Positions 47,526 through 58,123 are shown, counted from the stretch's first letter. The stretch is DNA of 64,000 nucleotides from Phycisphaerales bacterium (GCA_965227775.1 OZ245777.1:576001-640000), one strand, 5' to 3'. The notes: a model not told the origin generated them from the letters alone. Translations and numbers: made by a program.

Positions 47526-48980
47526 GTGGCGATTCCAAACACAATACAAACTCAAAACCTCATCAACGGCACCTGGGTCGGAGCCGACTCTGGCAAGACC
47601 ATCGCCGTACTCGACCCGGCCACGGACGAGAAGCTCGCCGAGATCCCTGACGCGGGTGGCGCTGAGTCGACGCGGGCCATCGACGCGGCGCATACGGCGT
47701 TTGGCTCGTGGTCGAAACGGCCCGCTGCAGACCGTGGCAAGCTCGTGCGAAGGCTGGGCGAGTTGATGCTGCGTGACGCCGATCGCCTGGCCGCCATCAT
47801 GACCGCCGAGCAGGGCAAGCCGCTGAGCGAGGCCAAGGGCGAGATCAACTACGCCGCATCGTTCCTGGAGTGGGCGGCTTGCGAGGCGACGCGTTTGTAC
47901 GGCGAGATCGTGCCCGCCAGCAGCGCCGACAAGCGAATTCTGGTGCTTCGCCACCCCGTGGGTGTGTGCGGCATCATCACGCCCTGGAACTTCCCCGCCG
48001 CGATGATCACGCGCAAGCTCGGGCCGGCGCTGGCTGCGGGCTGCACGGCGGTCATCAAGCCGTCCGAGCTCACGCCGCTGAGCGCAATCGCCATCGGCGA
48101 GCTTGCCATCGAAGCCGGATTGCCCGAGGGCACGGTCAACATCGTGACCGGCGAGGGCAGGGCGATCGCCGAGCCGTGGTTCAAGGACGGGCGCGTCCGC
48201 AAGCTCAGCTTCACGGGCTCGACGCCTGTGGGCAAGAAGCTCATGGAGCAGGGCAGCGAGAACCTGCTCAGGCTTTCGATGGAGCTCGGCGGGCACGCGC
48301 CGTTCATCGTGTTCGACGACGCCGACCTCGATCGCGCCGTGGGCGCGGCCGTTGCGTGCAAGTTCCGCAACGCCGGGCAGACTTGCATCTGCGCGAACCG
48401 GTTCTACGTGCAGAGCGGCATCTACGACGCCTTCATGGATCGCTTCGCAACGGCCGTGAGCAAGCTGAAGGTTGGTCAGGGCAGGCTAGACGGCGTCGAC
48501 ATCGGCCCGCTAATCAACGACGCCGCCATCGAGAAGGTTCAGGATCACGTGGAGGACGCGAAGAGCAAGGGCGCGGCGATCAAGGCCGGCGGCGAGATGG
48601 CGAAGCTCGATGGCCTCGCAGATCGCTTCTACGCCCCCACCGTTATCGACGGCATGACTCCCGACATGAAGTGCGCCACCGAAGAGACCTTCGGCCCCGT
48701 CGCGCCGGTCGCGAGATTCGAGCAAGATCAGGAAGCGATCGACGCGGCCAACAACTCGCCCTTCGGCTTAGCGAGCTACTTCTTTACCAGCGACGCAACC
48801 CGCCTGATGCGCACGGCCGAGGCCTTGCACTATGGCATTGTGGGTGCGAACGACGCCGCCCCCTCGACCGCCCAGGCACCGTTCGGCGGCGTGAAGCAGT
48901 CCGGCTTTGGACGAGAGGGCGGGAAGTACGTGATGGACGAGTACACGAGCCTGAAGTACGTGAGTTGGGGATTGGTCTAG
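47526..48980 (+). CDS. gabD: NAD(P)-dependent succinate-semialdehyde dehydrogenase
   Basis: ITPWNFP, FTGSTPVG, MELGGHAP, FRNAGQTCIC, EETFGP, GGVKQSGFGREG. Confidence 0.93.
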   Translation: MAIPNTIQTQNLINGTWVGADSGKTIAVLDPATDEKLAEIPDAGGAESTRAIDAAHTAFGSWSKRPAADRGKLVRRLGELMLRDADRLAAIMTAEQGKPLSEAKGEINYAASFLEWAACEATRLYGEIVPASSADKRILVLRHPVGVCGIITPWNFPAAMITRKLGPALAAGCTAVIKPSELTPLSAIAIGELAIEAGLPEGTVNIVTGEGRAIAEPWFKDGRVRKLSFTGSTPVGKKLMEQGSENLLRLSMELGGHAPFIVFDDADLDRAVGAAVACKFRNAGQTCICANRFYVQSGIYDAFMDRFATAVSKLKVGQGRLDGVDIGPLINDAAIEKVQDHVEDAKSKGAAIKAGGEMAKLDGLADRFYAPTVIDGMTPDMKCATEETFGPVAPVARFEQDQEAIDAANNSPFGLASYFFTSDATRLMRTAEALHYGIVGANDAAPSTAQAPFGGVKQSGFGREGGKYVMDEYTSLKYVSWGLV

Positions 48981-49077
48981 CCGAGTTCGGATAGTCCGGT
49001 CGAAAGCGCACTCGACGAAGCCCCAAGAACGCGGACGGGCGCAGGACCCGTTTGAGGCGCCCCAGGAGGGTTGTCCA

Positions 49078-50268
49078 ATGTTGCGTTTCGCGTGCTCGCT
49101 GTTAGCAGGGGCATTGGTTGCGAGCGGCTCGCAGGCTCTGCCATCGATCGCAAACTACGACGCAGATCCTGGAGCACTGCCGCTCTTGGACGAGCAGCGT
49201 GTGCACTTTTACGTGCAAGAGGCTTACGAGGGCTTTCCGCCCGACATCACGAACGCGGTTGCAGATCGGTATGCCGAACTCGTCGATGCGGGCATGGACT
49301 GTTCTCGCCACCTGCTCGATTGGGCCGATCTCGAACCCACTCCGGGCGTGTACGACGTAGCCGGGGTCATCGAGGCCCTCGACGCACGCATTGATATGGG
49401 TGCCCCGCGCCAGTTCGTGAACATCACCGTTGTCGATAGCGGCGGCCCGGAAGCATTGCCGCAGTATGTGCAGGACCTTCTTGCCCAGGGCGCGAAGTGG
49501 GATGACCCGCGCATCACCGGCCCCTTCGGAGACTTGCTCGAGGCGATCGTGCCGGCGATGATCGACCGTGGCGTTTATATGATCGGCTTTGCCAACGAGG
49601 CTGGCGGTTACTACGAAGACGAACCGGCCGCGGCCGCGTCGTTCGAGGGCTTCGTGGCAGCAGCGATCGACCGGACTAGGTCGATCGAGCCCCGTCTGTC
49701 GACGACGGTGGTGTTCGCCGGTACGAAAGACGCGTCGATACCGGCGCTCATGCCGTTGATCGATGTGGCCTCGTTCAATTGGTACGCTTACGAGTTGGAG
49801 GTCGAGCCGGCTTGCAGCTTCTTTGGCGAGGCGTTGCCACTCTGGCGCGCAGCCGGGCCGGATGGCATCCCGGCCGTCCTCGATGAGATGATGCGGGTCT
49901 CGGGCGATCGGTTGGTGTGCATCCAGGAGTTTGGGCAGGCGACCGGCTGGAAGGACCGGCCGACGACCCTCGGGCCGCTGGCGGGCGAGGCGTTGCAGTC
50001 GCGGGTGATCGAGGCGTTCGCGGAGGCCGTGGTTGAGCGACAGCACCGCTTCCGCACGGTCTCGCTCTGGACGCTCAACGACCACACTCCTGCCGGGATG
50101 CGGTACCTCGTAGACGCCATTCTGGCCGAGGGGCTGCCGCAGTGCTACGCGGACAACGTCGCCGAGATCTTCGGGCCGACCGGCATCGTGGAGAGCACGC
50201 CCGAGGCGCGCCGAAAGCAGGCGTTCGAATCGCTCAGGCGGGCCATCGCTGAGGTTTCGGCGCGGTAG
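49078..50268 (+). CDS. Secreted TIM-barrel glycoside hydrolase-like protein (clan GH-A-like)
   Basis: AGGAGG SD; signal peptide; WADLEPTPGVYD, GFANE (acid/base) and IQEFG (nucleophile). Confidence 0.65.
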   Translation: MLRFACSLLAGALVASGSQALPSIANYDADPGALPLLDEQRVHFYVQEAYEGFPPDITNAVADRYAELVDAGMDCSRHLLDWADLEPTPGVYDVAGVIEALDARIDMGAPRQFVNITVVDSGGPEALPQYVQDLLAQGAKWDDPRITGPFGDLLEAIVPAMIDRGVYMIGFANEAGGYYEDEPAAAASFEGFVAAAIDRTRSIEPRLSTTVVFAGTKDASIPALMPLIDVASFNWYAYELEVEPACSFFGEALPLWRAAGPDGIPAVLDEMMRVSGDRLVCIQEFGQATGWKDRPTTLGPLAGEALQSRVIEAFAEAVVERQHRFRTVSLWTLNDHTPAGMRYLVDAILAEGLPQCYADNVAEIFGPTGIVESTPEARRKQAFESLRRAIAEVSAR

Positions 50269-50365
50269 TCGGCGGCCGCGTGGACAGACGGCGGGCACGA
50301 GGCAGAGCCGGCCTGCGCATACACTTTCTGCACGCCCTTTGGATGGGTGTTTACAGGAGGTCTCC

Positions 50366-51709
50366 GTGCCAGCTGCCACGTCAGAACCATCAGCCGCCAC
50401 CGCCTCGGAATCCCTCGTCGCACGCCGCCAGAAGGTAGTGTGCTCGGGCGTGGGCATGCTCAGCCCGATGACCGCAGCCAGCGCATCGGGCGCGATCATC
50501 ACCGACGCCAATGGAAGGGAATTCATTGACTTTGCCAGCGGCATCGGCGTGATGAGCGTGGGCCATAGTGACCCCGCCGTCATCGACGCGGTCAAGGCCC
50601 AGGTCGCCAGCCTTCAGCACGCGTGCATCCACGTCGCAACGTACGAGCCCTACGTGGCGTTGTGCGAGAAGCTAGTCGACCTCTTCCCCCACCACGAGCG
50701 GACCGATGACAGCACGAAAGCAATGCTGATCAGCACCGGTGCGGAGGCGGTCGAGAACTGCATCAAGATCGCCCGACAGGCTACCGGCCGCGCGGGCATC
50801 ATTTGTTACACGGGTGGCTTTCACGGCCGGACGCTGCTGGCGGGCACGCTAACGAGCAAGGTGCACCTGAAGCACGGCTGCGGCCCGTACGCGCCGGAGG
50901 TGTATCGCCTGCCCTACCCAAGGCCGCTGCCGGGCGAAACCATCAGCGAGGCCGACCTGGTGGAACGCGAATTGCACCGTCTCAAGCAGGCGTTCCTCGA
51001 CACCGTGGCCGCGTCGCAGGTCGCGGCGATCATCATCGAAGTGGTGCAGGGTGAGGGCGGCTTCAGCGTTGCGCCCAAGGGATATCTCGAGGGCCTGCGG
51101 CGCTTGTGCGACGAGCACGGCATCGTGCTGATCTTCGACGAGGTACAGGCAGGATTCTGCCGCACGGGCGCTTGGGCCTCGTACGACCACTTCGGCGTGA
51201 AGCCCGACCTGAGTCCCTGGGCCAAGGCGATGGGCGGCGGGCTACCAATGGCCTGCGTCATCGGCAAGGCCAGCGTGGTGGACCGCGTGAACCCCGGCAC
51301 GCTTGGCGGCACCTACGGCGGGAACCCGGTCGCGTGCGCCGCGTCTTTGGCGGCTATCGCTCGCATGGAAGAGCTCGACCTCAACGATCGCGCGGCGCGC
51401 ATCGGCGAGATGATCCGCGAACGCTTTGATGTGCTCAAGGACAAGATCACGCAGGTCACCGAAGTGCGCGGCCTCGGCGCCATGATGGCGATCGAGTTCA
51501 GCGAGGGCGGCGACCCGGCCAAGCCCGCACCGGCCATGGCTAAGGCCGTCATCGACGACTGCCGGAGCAAGGGCCTGCTCGTGATCGCAGCGGGCCTGTC
51601 GGGCAACTGCATCCGCGTGCTGACGCCGCTGGTGATCACCGACGACGAGCTGGCACGCGGTCTCGACATCCTGTGCCAGAGCATCGAGCAGCACGCACCA
51701 AACCACTGA
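50366..51709 (+). CDS. gabT: 4-aminobutyrate aminotransferase (class III PLP)
   Basis: IDFASGIG, TGAEAVEN, FHGRT, VQGEGG, DEVQAGF, AKAMGGG, GGTYGGNP; AGGAGG before GTG 50366. Confidence 0.88.
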   Translation: MPAATSEPSAATASESLVARRQKVVCSGVGMLSPMTAASASGAIITDANGREFIDFASGIGVMSVGHSDPAVIDAVKAQVASLQHACIHVATYEPYVALCEKLVDLFPHHERTDDSTKAMLISTGAEAVENCIKIARQATGRAGIICYTGGFHGRTLLAGTLTSKVHLKHGCGPYAPEVYRLPYPRPLPGETISEADLVERELHRLKQAFLDTVAASQVAAIIIEVVQGEGGFSVAPKGYLEGLRRLCDEHGIVLIFDEVQAGFCRTGAWASYDHFGVKPDLSPWAKAMGGGLPMACVIGKASVVDRVNPGTLGGTYGGNPVACAASLAAIARMEELDLNDRAARIGEMIRERFDVLKDKITQVTEVRGLGAMMAIEFSEGGDPAKPAPAMAKAVIDDCRSKGLLVIAAGLSGNCIRVLTPLVITDDELARGLDILCQSIEQHAPNH

Positions 51710-51736
51710 TCTGTACATCTTGCGAGGTAGTTCCGC

Positions 51737-52747
51737 ATGCGTCCATTTGCCATCGCCGGCCTGCAACTCAAGGTCTCCGGCCGCCGCTCGAACCTCGAGC
51801 ACGTGACCGACCGCATCGAGATGCTCATGCACCTGTATCCGTGGGTGCAGATGGTCGTGGTCAGCGAGCTCGCGACCTTCGGCGGCTGGACCGGACACGC
51901 CATGGCGCTGCCGGGCGACGTTGAGCAGCATTACCAGAGGCTCGCCGCGCGGCACGGCATCTGGCTGCTGCCGGGCTCGCTCTACGAGAAGACCCCCGAA
52001 GGAATCTACAACACTACGCCCGTGATCGATCCGCACGGCATCGTCGTCGCACGGTACCGCAAGATGTTTCCCTTTATGCCGTATGAGACGGGCGTCGAAT
52101 GGGGCACCAAGTTCTGCGTGTTTGATGTTCCGGACGTCGGCCGCTTTGGCGTGAGCATCTGCTACGACATGTGGTTCCCCGAGACCAGCCGGACGCTGGC
52201 TGCGATGGGTGCCGAGGTGCTCCTGCACCCGACGCTGACGCCCACGATGGACCGCGACGTCGAGTTGTCGATCGCGCGTGCGACGGCGGCGATGAACCAG
52301 ATGTTCGTGGTCGACATCAACGGCATCGGTGACGGTGGCAACGGACGGTCGCTCTTCGTGGCACCCTCGGGCGACGTGCTGTATCAGGCCGGCAGCAACG
52401 AGGAGTTGCTGCCCATTGAGATCGATCTCGACCGCGTCCGGCGTTCTCGAGAAGTCGGGTTGAAGGGGCTCGGCCAGCCGCTGAAGAGCTTCCGCGATCG
52501 GCGCGTCGAGTTCGACGTGTACAAGCGCGAGTCCCCCGCCAACGAGTACCTCAACACGCTCGGCTCGCTCGAGAAGATGGCTCGCGGCAGCCGCGCGGGC
52601 ATCGGCTTCGGCGAGCACGCACCGCACGCCGATCAGCCACTCGCGTCATCACCTTCCGCAACTCCCCCGCCGGCTGACGCACCGCATGCTTCCCCACCGC
52701 AGGCTCCTACGTCCGCCCCGGCACCCACTCCTGGAACAACGCCATGA
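51737..52747 (+). CDS. Carbon-nitrogen hydrolase (nitrilase superfamily)
   Basis: Glu-Lys-Cys triad motifs VVSEL, YRKMF and ICYD. Confidence 0.92.
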   Translation: MRPFAIAGLQLKVSGRRSNLEHVTDRIEMLMHLYPWVQMVVVSELATFGGWTGHAMALPGDVEQHYQRLAARHGIWLLPGSLYEKTPEGIYNTTPVIDPHGIVVARYRKMFPFMPYETGVEWGTKFCVFDVPDVGRFGVSICYDMWFPETSRTLAAMGAEVLLHPTLTPTMDRDVELSIARATAAMNQMFVVDINGIGDGGNGRSLFVAPSGDVLYQAGSNEELLPIEIDLDRVRRSREVGLKGLGQPLKSFRDRRVEFDVYKRESPANEYLNTLGSLEKMARGSRAGIGFGEHAPHADQPLASSPSATPPPADAPHASPPQAPTSAPAPTPGTTP

Positions 52748-55464
52748 CGCGAGCCGGCACGCAACCAGATGCTCCGGCCGGCGATGCACGCCCACAGCGC
52801 CAGCGAGGCCGCCAGTACAGCGCGTTCCAGCTTCGCATGGATACCTGGAACGAGCTCCAGGTTCGCACGACGTGGCTGCGAGAGATGACGCGCGCCGGGC
52901 AGGATCCGGCCGAGCCTCGCGCGCTGGTCGGCGAGAGTCTTGAAGTGCTCGCGAGCCTGGAGCCCTACTGGGCTTTTCCCGGCTCGGCGCGCATGGACGA
53001 GCTTGCGCGTCTGTATGAGGCAGGCGCGACCGGCGAGCTGGCCGATCGGGTGGCGGGCATTAGCCGGCTGCTTATTGGCGACGCTTACCGCGAGCGCGGC
53101 GGCGCGGCGTTCGATGAGCCGGGCCGCGACCACCGCAACGGCGGGCAGGACGCCGAAGCGCGCTCGCGTGCTCGTGGACGGCCCTACTTCGAGGTGCTGT
53201 TCGTCGACGGCACGGACGCGTATGACCACGACTCCCTGAGAGACGGGCTTGCCGCATGCCGGCGAGACTCGGACGAGTTCGTATACGACGTGCTCACGGT
53301 GCCCAGCACGCAGGACGCCGTCATCGCTGCCCTGTTCAACCCGACAATCCAGGCCGTGTTCCTGCGGTACAACTTCGGCTTCTTCACGCAGAACCACCAC
53401 CCGGCCCTGCGTCGCTATCTTGATGCGCTGTCGGCGGAGAAGATGCCCAACAGCTACGGACTTGACCGCAGCCTGCAGCTTGCGAGCGTTCTGAAGAAGC
53501 TGCGACCCGAGCTCGATCTCTACCTCGTGACCGACACGCCGCTCGACTCGGTTGCCGGCAATGTAGGCAGCGCGTTTCGGCGGACGTTCTATCGGCTTGA
53601 GCAGTACATGGAGCAGCACCTCAGTATCTTGCGAGGCGTCCGCGAGCGGTTCGAGACGCCGTTCTTCGACGCGCTTCGCAAGTACGCGGCCAAGCCCACA
53701 GGCGTGTTCCATGCGTTGCCAATTGCTCGCGGCAAGAGCATGACGACCAGCCACTGGGCTAGGGACTTTCACGACTTCTACGGCTCGAACATCTTTCTGG
53801 CCGAGACCAGCGCGACTAGCGGCGGACTTGACTCATTGCTACAGCCCCGCGGGCCCATCCGAAGAGCTCAGGAAGCCGCCGCTCGTGCGTTTGGAGCACG
53901 CCAGACGTTCTTCGTCACGAATGGAACGTCGACGGCCAACAAGATCGTGCAGCAGGCCCTGGTGCAGCCTGGCGACATCGTGCTGGTCGATCGTGACTGC
54001 CACAAGAGCCACCACTACGCGTTCGTGCTGGCCGGGGCACATCCGGTGTACCTGGATTCGTATCCGCTGCAGAAGTACACGATGTACGGCGCTGTGCCGC
54101 TCGAAGAAATCGAACGGCAGTTGATTGCGCTCAAGAACGCCGGCAAGCTCGACCGCGTGCGAATGCTCGTGCTGACCAACTGCACGTTTGATGGCCTGAC
54201 ATACGACCCGATTCGGGTGATGCAGCGCATCCTGGCCATCAAGCCCGACATGATCTTCTTGTGGGATGAGGCGTGGTTTGGCTACGCACGCTTTAGCCCC
54301 GCGCTGCGACGCCGGACGGCGATGGATGCCGCAAGTCGGTTGCGCAAGATGTACCGCAGCGACGAGTATCGCAAGGCCTACGCAAACCGGAGCGAGGCCG
54401 ACGGCCCGATGGCTGATCCGAGCGAGGTGCGTGTCCGTGTCTATGCGACCCAGTCGACGCACAAGACGCTAACGAGCCTCCGGCAAGGCTCCATGATCCA
54501 CGTCTATGACGAAGACTTCGAGCAGCGGGCCAGCGCGGCGCTGCTCGAGGCGCTCATGACCCACACGTCGACCTCGCCCAACTACCAGATCATCGCGTCG
54601 CTCGATGCCGGACGCCGGCAGGTCGAACTCGAGGGCTACGAGCTTGTCGAGAAGACCATCGATCTTGCGATGACGCTGCGCAAGCGAGTCAACGAGCACC
54701 CGGACATATCACGCTTCTTCCGTGTGCTTCGACCGGCCGATATGATCCCGGCCGAGCATCGACCCAGTGGGCTCGAGTTCTACTACCACCCAGAGCAGGG
54801 CTGGGGCCGGATGGACGCGGCGTGGCGCGAGGACGAGTTCACGCTCGACCCGACGCGTGTGACGCTCGAGGTGTGCGCGACGGGCCTGGACGGCGACACG
54901 CTGCGGCACATGCTCATGGATCGCTACGACATCCAGATCAACAAGACCTCGCGTAACTCCATGCTGTTCATGCCCAACATCGGCACGACGCGCGGTGACG
55001 TGGCCTACCTCATCGAGACGCTGGCCGACATCTCACGCCGCGTCGAGGACCAGCTCAGCACCGAGAGCAGCGCGGGCCTCAGCCTACACACGCAGAAGGT
55101 CGATTCGCTGCTCGAGGGGCCGCCGCTGCCGAACTTCAGCCGATTCCACGACGCGTTCCGCGACACCGATTCCACGACGCCCGAGGGTGACCTGCGGCGC
55201 GCGTTCTTCTTGGCATACGACCAGGACAACACGGCATGGGTGAAGCTCGACCGCGACCTGCTGCGGCAGATCAAAGACGGCCGAGAGTTCGTGTCGGCAG
55301 CGTTCGTGACGCCCTATCCGCCGGGATTCCCCATCCTCGTGCCGGGGCAGGTGTTCAGCGCCGAGATCATCGCGTACCTACTCGCGCTGGACGTGAAGGA
55401 GATCCACGGCTATCACACTACGTACGGCTTGCGTGTGTTCGAAGAGCACGTGCTGCAGTCGTGA
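52744..55464 (+). CDS. Orn/Lys/Arg decarboxylase, PLP fold I with N-terminal extension
   Basis: VTNGTSTAN, DRDCHKSHHY, TNCTFDG, WDEAWF, TQSTHKT (PLP Lys), TPYPPG; ATGA overlap. Confidence 0.92.
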   Translation: MTRAGTQPDAPAGDARPQRQRGRQYSAFQLRMDTWNELQVRTTWLREMTRAGQDPAEPRALVGESLEVLASLEPYWAFPGSARMDELARLYEAGATGELADRVAGISRLLIGDAYRERGGAAFDEPGRDHRNGGQDAEARSRARGRPYFEVLFVDGTDAYDHDSLRDGLAACRRDSDEFVYDVLTVPSTQDAVIAALFNPTIQAVFLRYNFGFFTQNHHPALRRYLDALSAEKMPNSYGLDRSLQLASVLKKLRPELDLYLVTDTPLDSVAGNVGSAFRRTFYRLEQYMEQHLSILRGVRERFETPFFDALRKYAAKPTGVFHALPIARGKSMTTSHWARDFHDFYGSNIFLAETSATSGGLDSLLQPRGPIRRAQEAAARAFGARQTFFVTNGTSTANKIVQQALVQPGDIVLVDRDCHKSHHYAFVLAGAHPVYLDSYPLQKYTMYGAVPLEEIERQLIALKNAGKLDRVRMLVLTNCTFDGLTYDPIRVMQRILAIKPDMIFLWDEAWFGYARFSPALRRRTAMDAASRLRKMYRSDEYRKAYANRSEADGPMADPSEVRVRVYATQSTHKTLTSLRQGSMIHVYDEDFEQRASAALLEALMTHTSTSPNYQIIASLDAGRRQVELEGYELVEKTIDLAMTLRKRVNEHPDISRFFRVLRPADMIPAEHRPSGLEFYYHPEQGWGRMDAAWREDEFTLDPTRVTLEVCATGLDGDTLRHMLMDRYDIQINKTSRNSMLFMPNIGTTRGDVAYLIETLADISRRVEDQLSTESSAGLSLHTQKVDSLLEGPPLPNFSRFHDAFRDTDSTTPEGDLRRAFFLAYDQDNTAWVKLDRDLLRQIKDGREFVSAAFVTPYPPGFPILVPGQVFSAEIIAYLLALDVKEIHGYHTTYGLRVFEEHVLQS

Positions 55465-55505
55465 AGCGTGTTTCATCCGCCTCGATCACACCGCCAGGGG
55501 GCTCC

Positions 55506-57065
55506 ATGACCACCGTGACCACGCCGCCCACCGGCCAGCAGCCGAATCTGCAGGCCAATATGGTCAAGTCCAAGCCACTGACGAGCAACGTCGTTAAGCG
55601 CAAGAAGAAGAAGGACACGCTCAAGGGCATCTCGGAGATCCGGCGGTTCTTCCACCGCAACGTGGAACCCATCTACTTCATCAGTGCGACGAACTTCAAT
55701 CTGCTGGGCATCGACGAGTGGGTCCGCAACTTCACGTACATCAACTACATCGACTGCTTCGATAGGCAGCACCCGAACGTCTTCGTGCCCAACGAACGGC
55801 CGCATGAGCCATTCGAGAGCATCGAAGACATCAACAACTACCTGCTGCGCCACCCCGACGTACGCGCACTCATCAAGAACCGCGGAAAGGACCACAAGAC
55901 CAACGGCAAGGCCGTGTTCTTGATGTTCGATGAGACCACCGAGAAGCTCTGCAAGGACCTCGACCTGGAGGTCTGCTTTCCGCCCGCCTCGCTTCGCAGC
56001 CAGGTGGACGACAAGATGGAAACAACGCGCATCGGCAATCGCGCACGCGTGCATAGCGTGCCGAACAAGCTCGTCCGTGTCAAGAGCTACGAGGATCTTC
56101 GCAACAAGACCAAGAAGCTCGGCGACGATGTCGTGATCCAGACCGCCTACGGCGACTCGGGCCACACCACGTTCTTCGTCACGGACGAGGCCGACTTTGC
56201 CAAGCACGAGGCCGACATCACCAGCGCACCAGAAGTGAAGGTGATGAAGCGCATCCGTTGCCGCGGCAGCGCCCTGGAAGCTTGCGTGACGCGACACGGC
56301 ACCATCGTCGGTCCGCTTATGACCGAGCTGGTGGGCTTTAAGGAGCTGACGCCCTACCGCGGCGGCTGGTGCGGAAATGAGGTCTTCGCCGGCGCGTTCG
56401 ACAAGCGCATCCGCAAGAATGCGCGCCGGGCGGCCATGGCCTTCGGCGACGAACTCCGCGAGATGGGCTACCGCGGGTACTTCGAGATCGACTACCTGAC
56501 CGACCTGGATTCGGGCAAGGTATACCTTGGCGAGTGCAACCCGCGCATCACGGGCGCGAGCAGCATGACGAACCTGGCCGCGTTCGCCCACGCCGACGCG
56601 CCACTGTTCCTATTCCACCTGCTCGAATGGATGGGCATCGACTACGAGTTGGACGTCGACGAGCTCAACGATCGCTGGGCCGACCCGCAGAACATCGACA
56701 GCTGGAGCCAGCTGGTTATCAAGCACACCGATGACACAGTTGATCGCATTACGCACGCGCCGCCTACGGGCATCTATGAGCTCGACGCCAAGGGGCAGAT
56801 GCACTACGTGCGCATGCAGACGCACCGGCGGACCGTACAGTTCGAGAATCGCGCGTTCTTCCTGCGGATCAGCAAGCCCGGGGATTATCGATACGAGGGT
56901 GCCGACCTGGGCATCCTGGTGAGCCCGGGCCGCTTCATGGACGAGAACTTCCAGCTCACGCGACGCGCCAAGCAGTGGATCAAGGGCGTGCGGTCGTTCT
57001 ACCGCGGCGACTCGGACTTCGGCGGCGAGGCCGCGCCCGAGCTCACGGGCTTCAAGCTGCTGTGA
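55506..57065 (+). CDS. ATP-grasp ligase (family often mislabelled biotin carboxylase)
   Basis: DDKMETTR, QTAYGDSGHTTFF, KVMKRI, GYFEID, GECNPR (ExNxR). Confidence 0.82.
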   Translation: MTTVTTPPTGQQPNLQANMVKSKPLTSNVVKRKKKKDTLKGISEIRRFFHRNVEPIYFISATNFNLLGIDEWVRNFTYINYIDCFDRQHPNVFVPNERPHEPFESIEDINNYLLRHPDVRALIKNRGKDHKTNGKAVFLMFDETTEKLCKDLDLEVCFPPASLRSQVDDKMETTRIGNRARVHSVPNKLVRVKSYEDLRNKTKKLGDDVVIQTAYGDSGHTTFFVTDEADFAKHEADITSAPEVKVMKRIRCRGSALEACVTRHGTIVGPLMTELVGFKELTPYRGGWCGNEVFAGAFDKRIRKNARRAAMAFGDELREMGYRGYFEIDYLTDLDSGKVYLGECNPRITGASSMTNLAAFAHADAPLFLFHLLEWMGIDYELDVDELNDRWADPQNIDSWSQLVIKHTDDTVDRITHAPPTGIYELDAKGQMHYVRMQTHRRTVQFENRAFFLRISKPGDYRYEGADLGILVSPGRFMDENFQLTRRAKQWIKGVRSFYRGDSDFGGEAAPELTGFKLL

Positions 57066-58069
57066 GTCCACCGGCGACCACATCGCGCACGATGCTGTTC
57101 CGCGCGATGCACGACAGCGACGAGCTCGATCGTGCGTTCGAGGCATACTGGCCAGCCTACCAGAAGTGGATGGCCAAAGCGAAGCCAAGGGTGAGCGCCA
57201 AGGCCGCCTGCGAGAAGCTCAGCGAGCACATGCCCGAGCTCGTGCCCGCACACAAGTCCTTGCTCACCCGCTTTGGCGGTGGTGCCGAGATCTCGCGATT
57301 CCTCACGCTCTATCGACCACCACCGCTTGTGCGCGGCTGCACGCAGGCAATCTGGCAGGGCGAGGGTGGCCCGACACTCGTACGCAACTACGACCACGCG
57401 CCACACCTGTCCGATGGCATCGTGCTACACGCCGAGTGGGACGGCGTGAAGACCGTGTGTATGACAGACTGTGTGTTTGGCGCCCTCGACGGCGTGAACG
57501 AGCACGGGCTGTGCGTGGCGCTCGCTTTCGGGGGCAGGCAGGTCTCCGGAGACGGCTTTGCCGCACCGCTTCTCGTTCGCTATGCCTTGCAAGCTTGCAA
57601 GACCGCACCCGAAGCGGCCGAGGCCATCGCGCGGGTCCCGTGCTACATGACGTACACGTTCGTGTGCCTCGATGCCTCGGGCGAGCACGCCACGGTCTAC
57701 GCCGCACCCGACCGACCGAGCCGGATCGACCATGCCACGGCCAGCGCGAACCACCAGGGCAAGGTCGAGTGGCCGCAGTACGCTGCCTCCTGCAAGACTG
57801 TCGAACGACTGCACAAGGCCCAGGACCTGCTCGATGCGAAGGGCCAGACCCTCGAGGGCATGACCCAGGAGTTCTTGCGTCCGCCGCTCTATCGCACGGG
57901 ATACGCCAGGGGCTCGGGCACGCTCTACACCAGCGTGTATCGCCCAGGGGAGCGTGGGCTCGAACTGCGTTGGCCCTCGGCCCGCATGCACCAGTCGGTG
58001 GACCGATTCGAGCCGGGGGCAGTGGAGGCCCAACTCGGCGGCGCACGACTTGCACCGCGGACGACGTGA
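57062..58069 (+). CDS. C45-family Ntn hydrolase/acyltransferase
   Basis: RG-CTQ autoprocessing Cys, VRNYD, LDGVNEHGL, ANH; GTGA overlap. Confidence 0.85.
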   Translation: MSPPATTSRTMLFRAMHDSDELDRAFEAYWPAYQKWMAKAKPRVSAKAACEKLSEHMPELVPAHKSLLTRFGGGAEISRFLTLYRPPPLVRGCTQAIWQGEGGPTLVRNYDHAPHLSDGIVLHAEWDGVKTVCMTDCVFGALDGVNEHGLCVALAFGGRQVSGDGFAAPLLVRYALQACKTAPEAAEAIARVPCYMTYTFVCLDASGEHATVYAAPDRPSRIDHATASANHQGKVEWPQYAASCKTVERLHKAQDLLDAKGQTLEGMTQEFLRPPLYRTGYARGSGTLYTSVYRPGERGLELRWPSARMHQSVDRFEPGAVEAQLGGARLAPRTT

Positions 58070-58123
58070 ACCCGAAGCCTGTGCATCCTGTACCATGGAG
58101 CAGGCCATGAAGGGGGAACGACT

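Noticed and set aside
55236..55505. Extended N-terminus of the ATP-grasp ORF
   Set aside because: Overlaps the decarboxylase in another frame; ATG 55506 has an SD-like AGGGGG.
55506..57065. Biotin carboxylase (accC) call
   Set aside because: Lacks the ANRGEIA N-terminal motif and there is no biotin carrier gene nearby; only the generic ATP-grasp core is supported.
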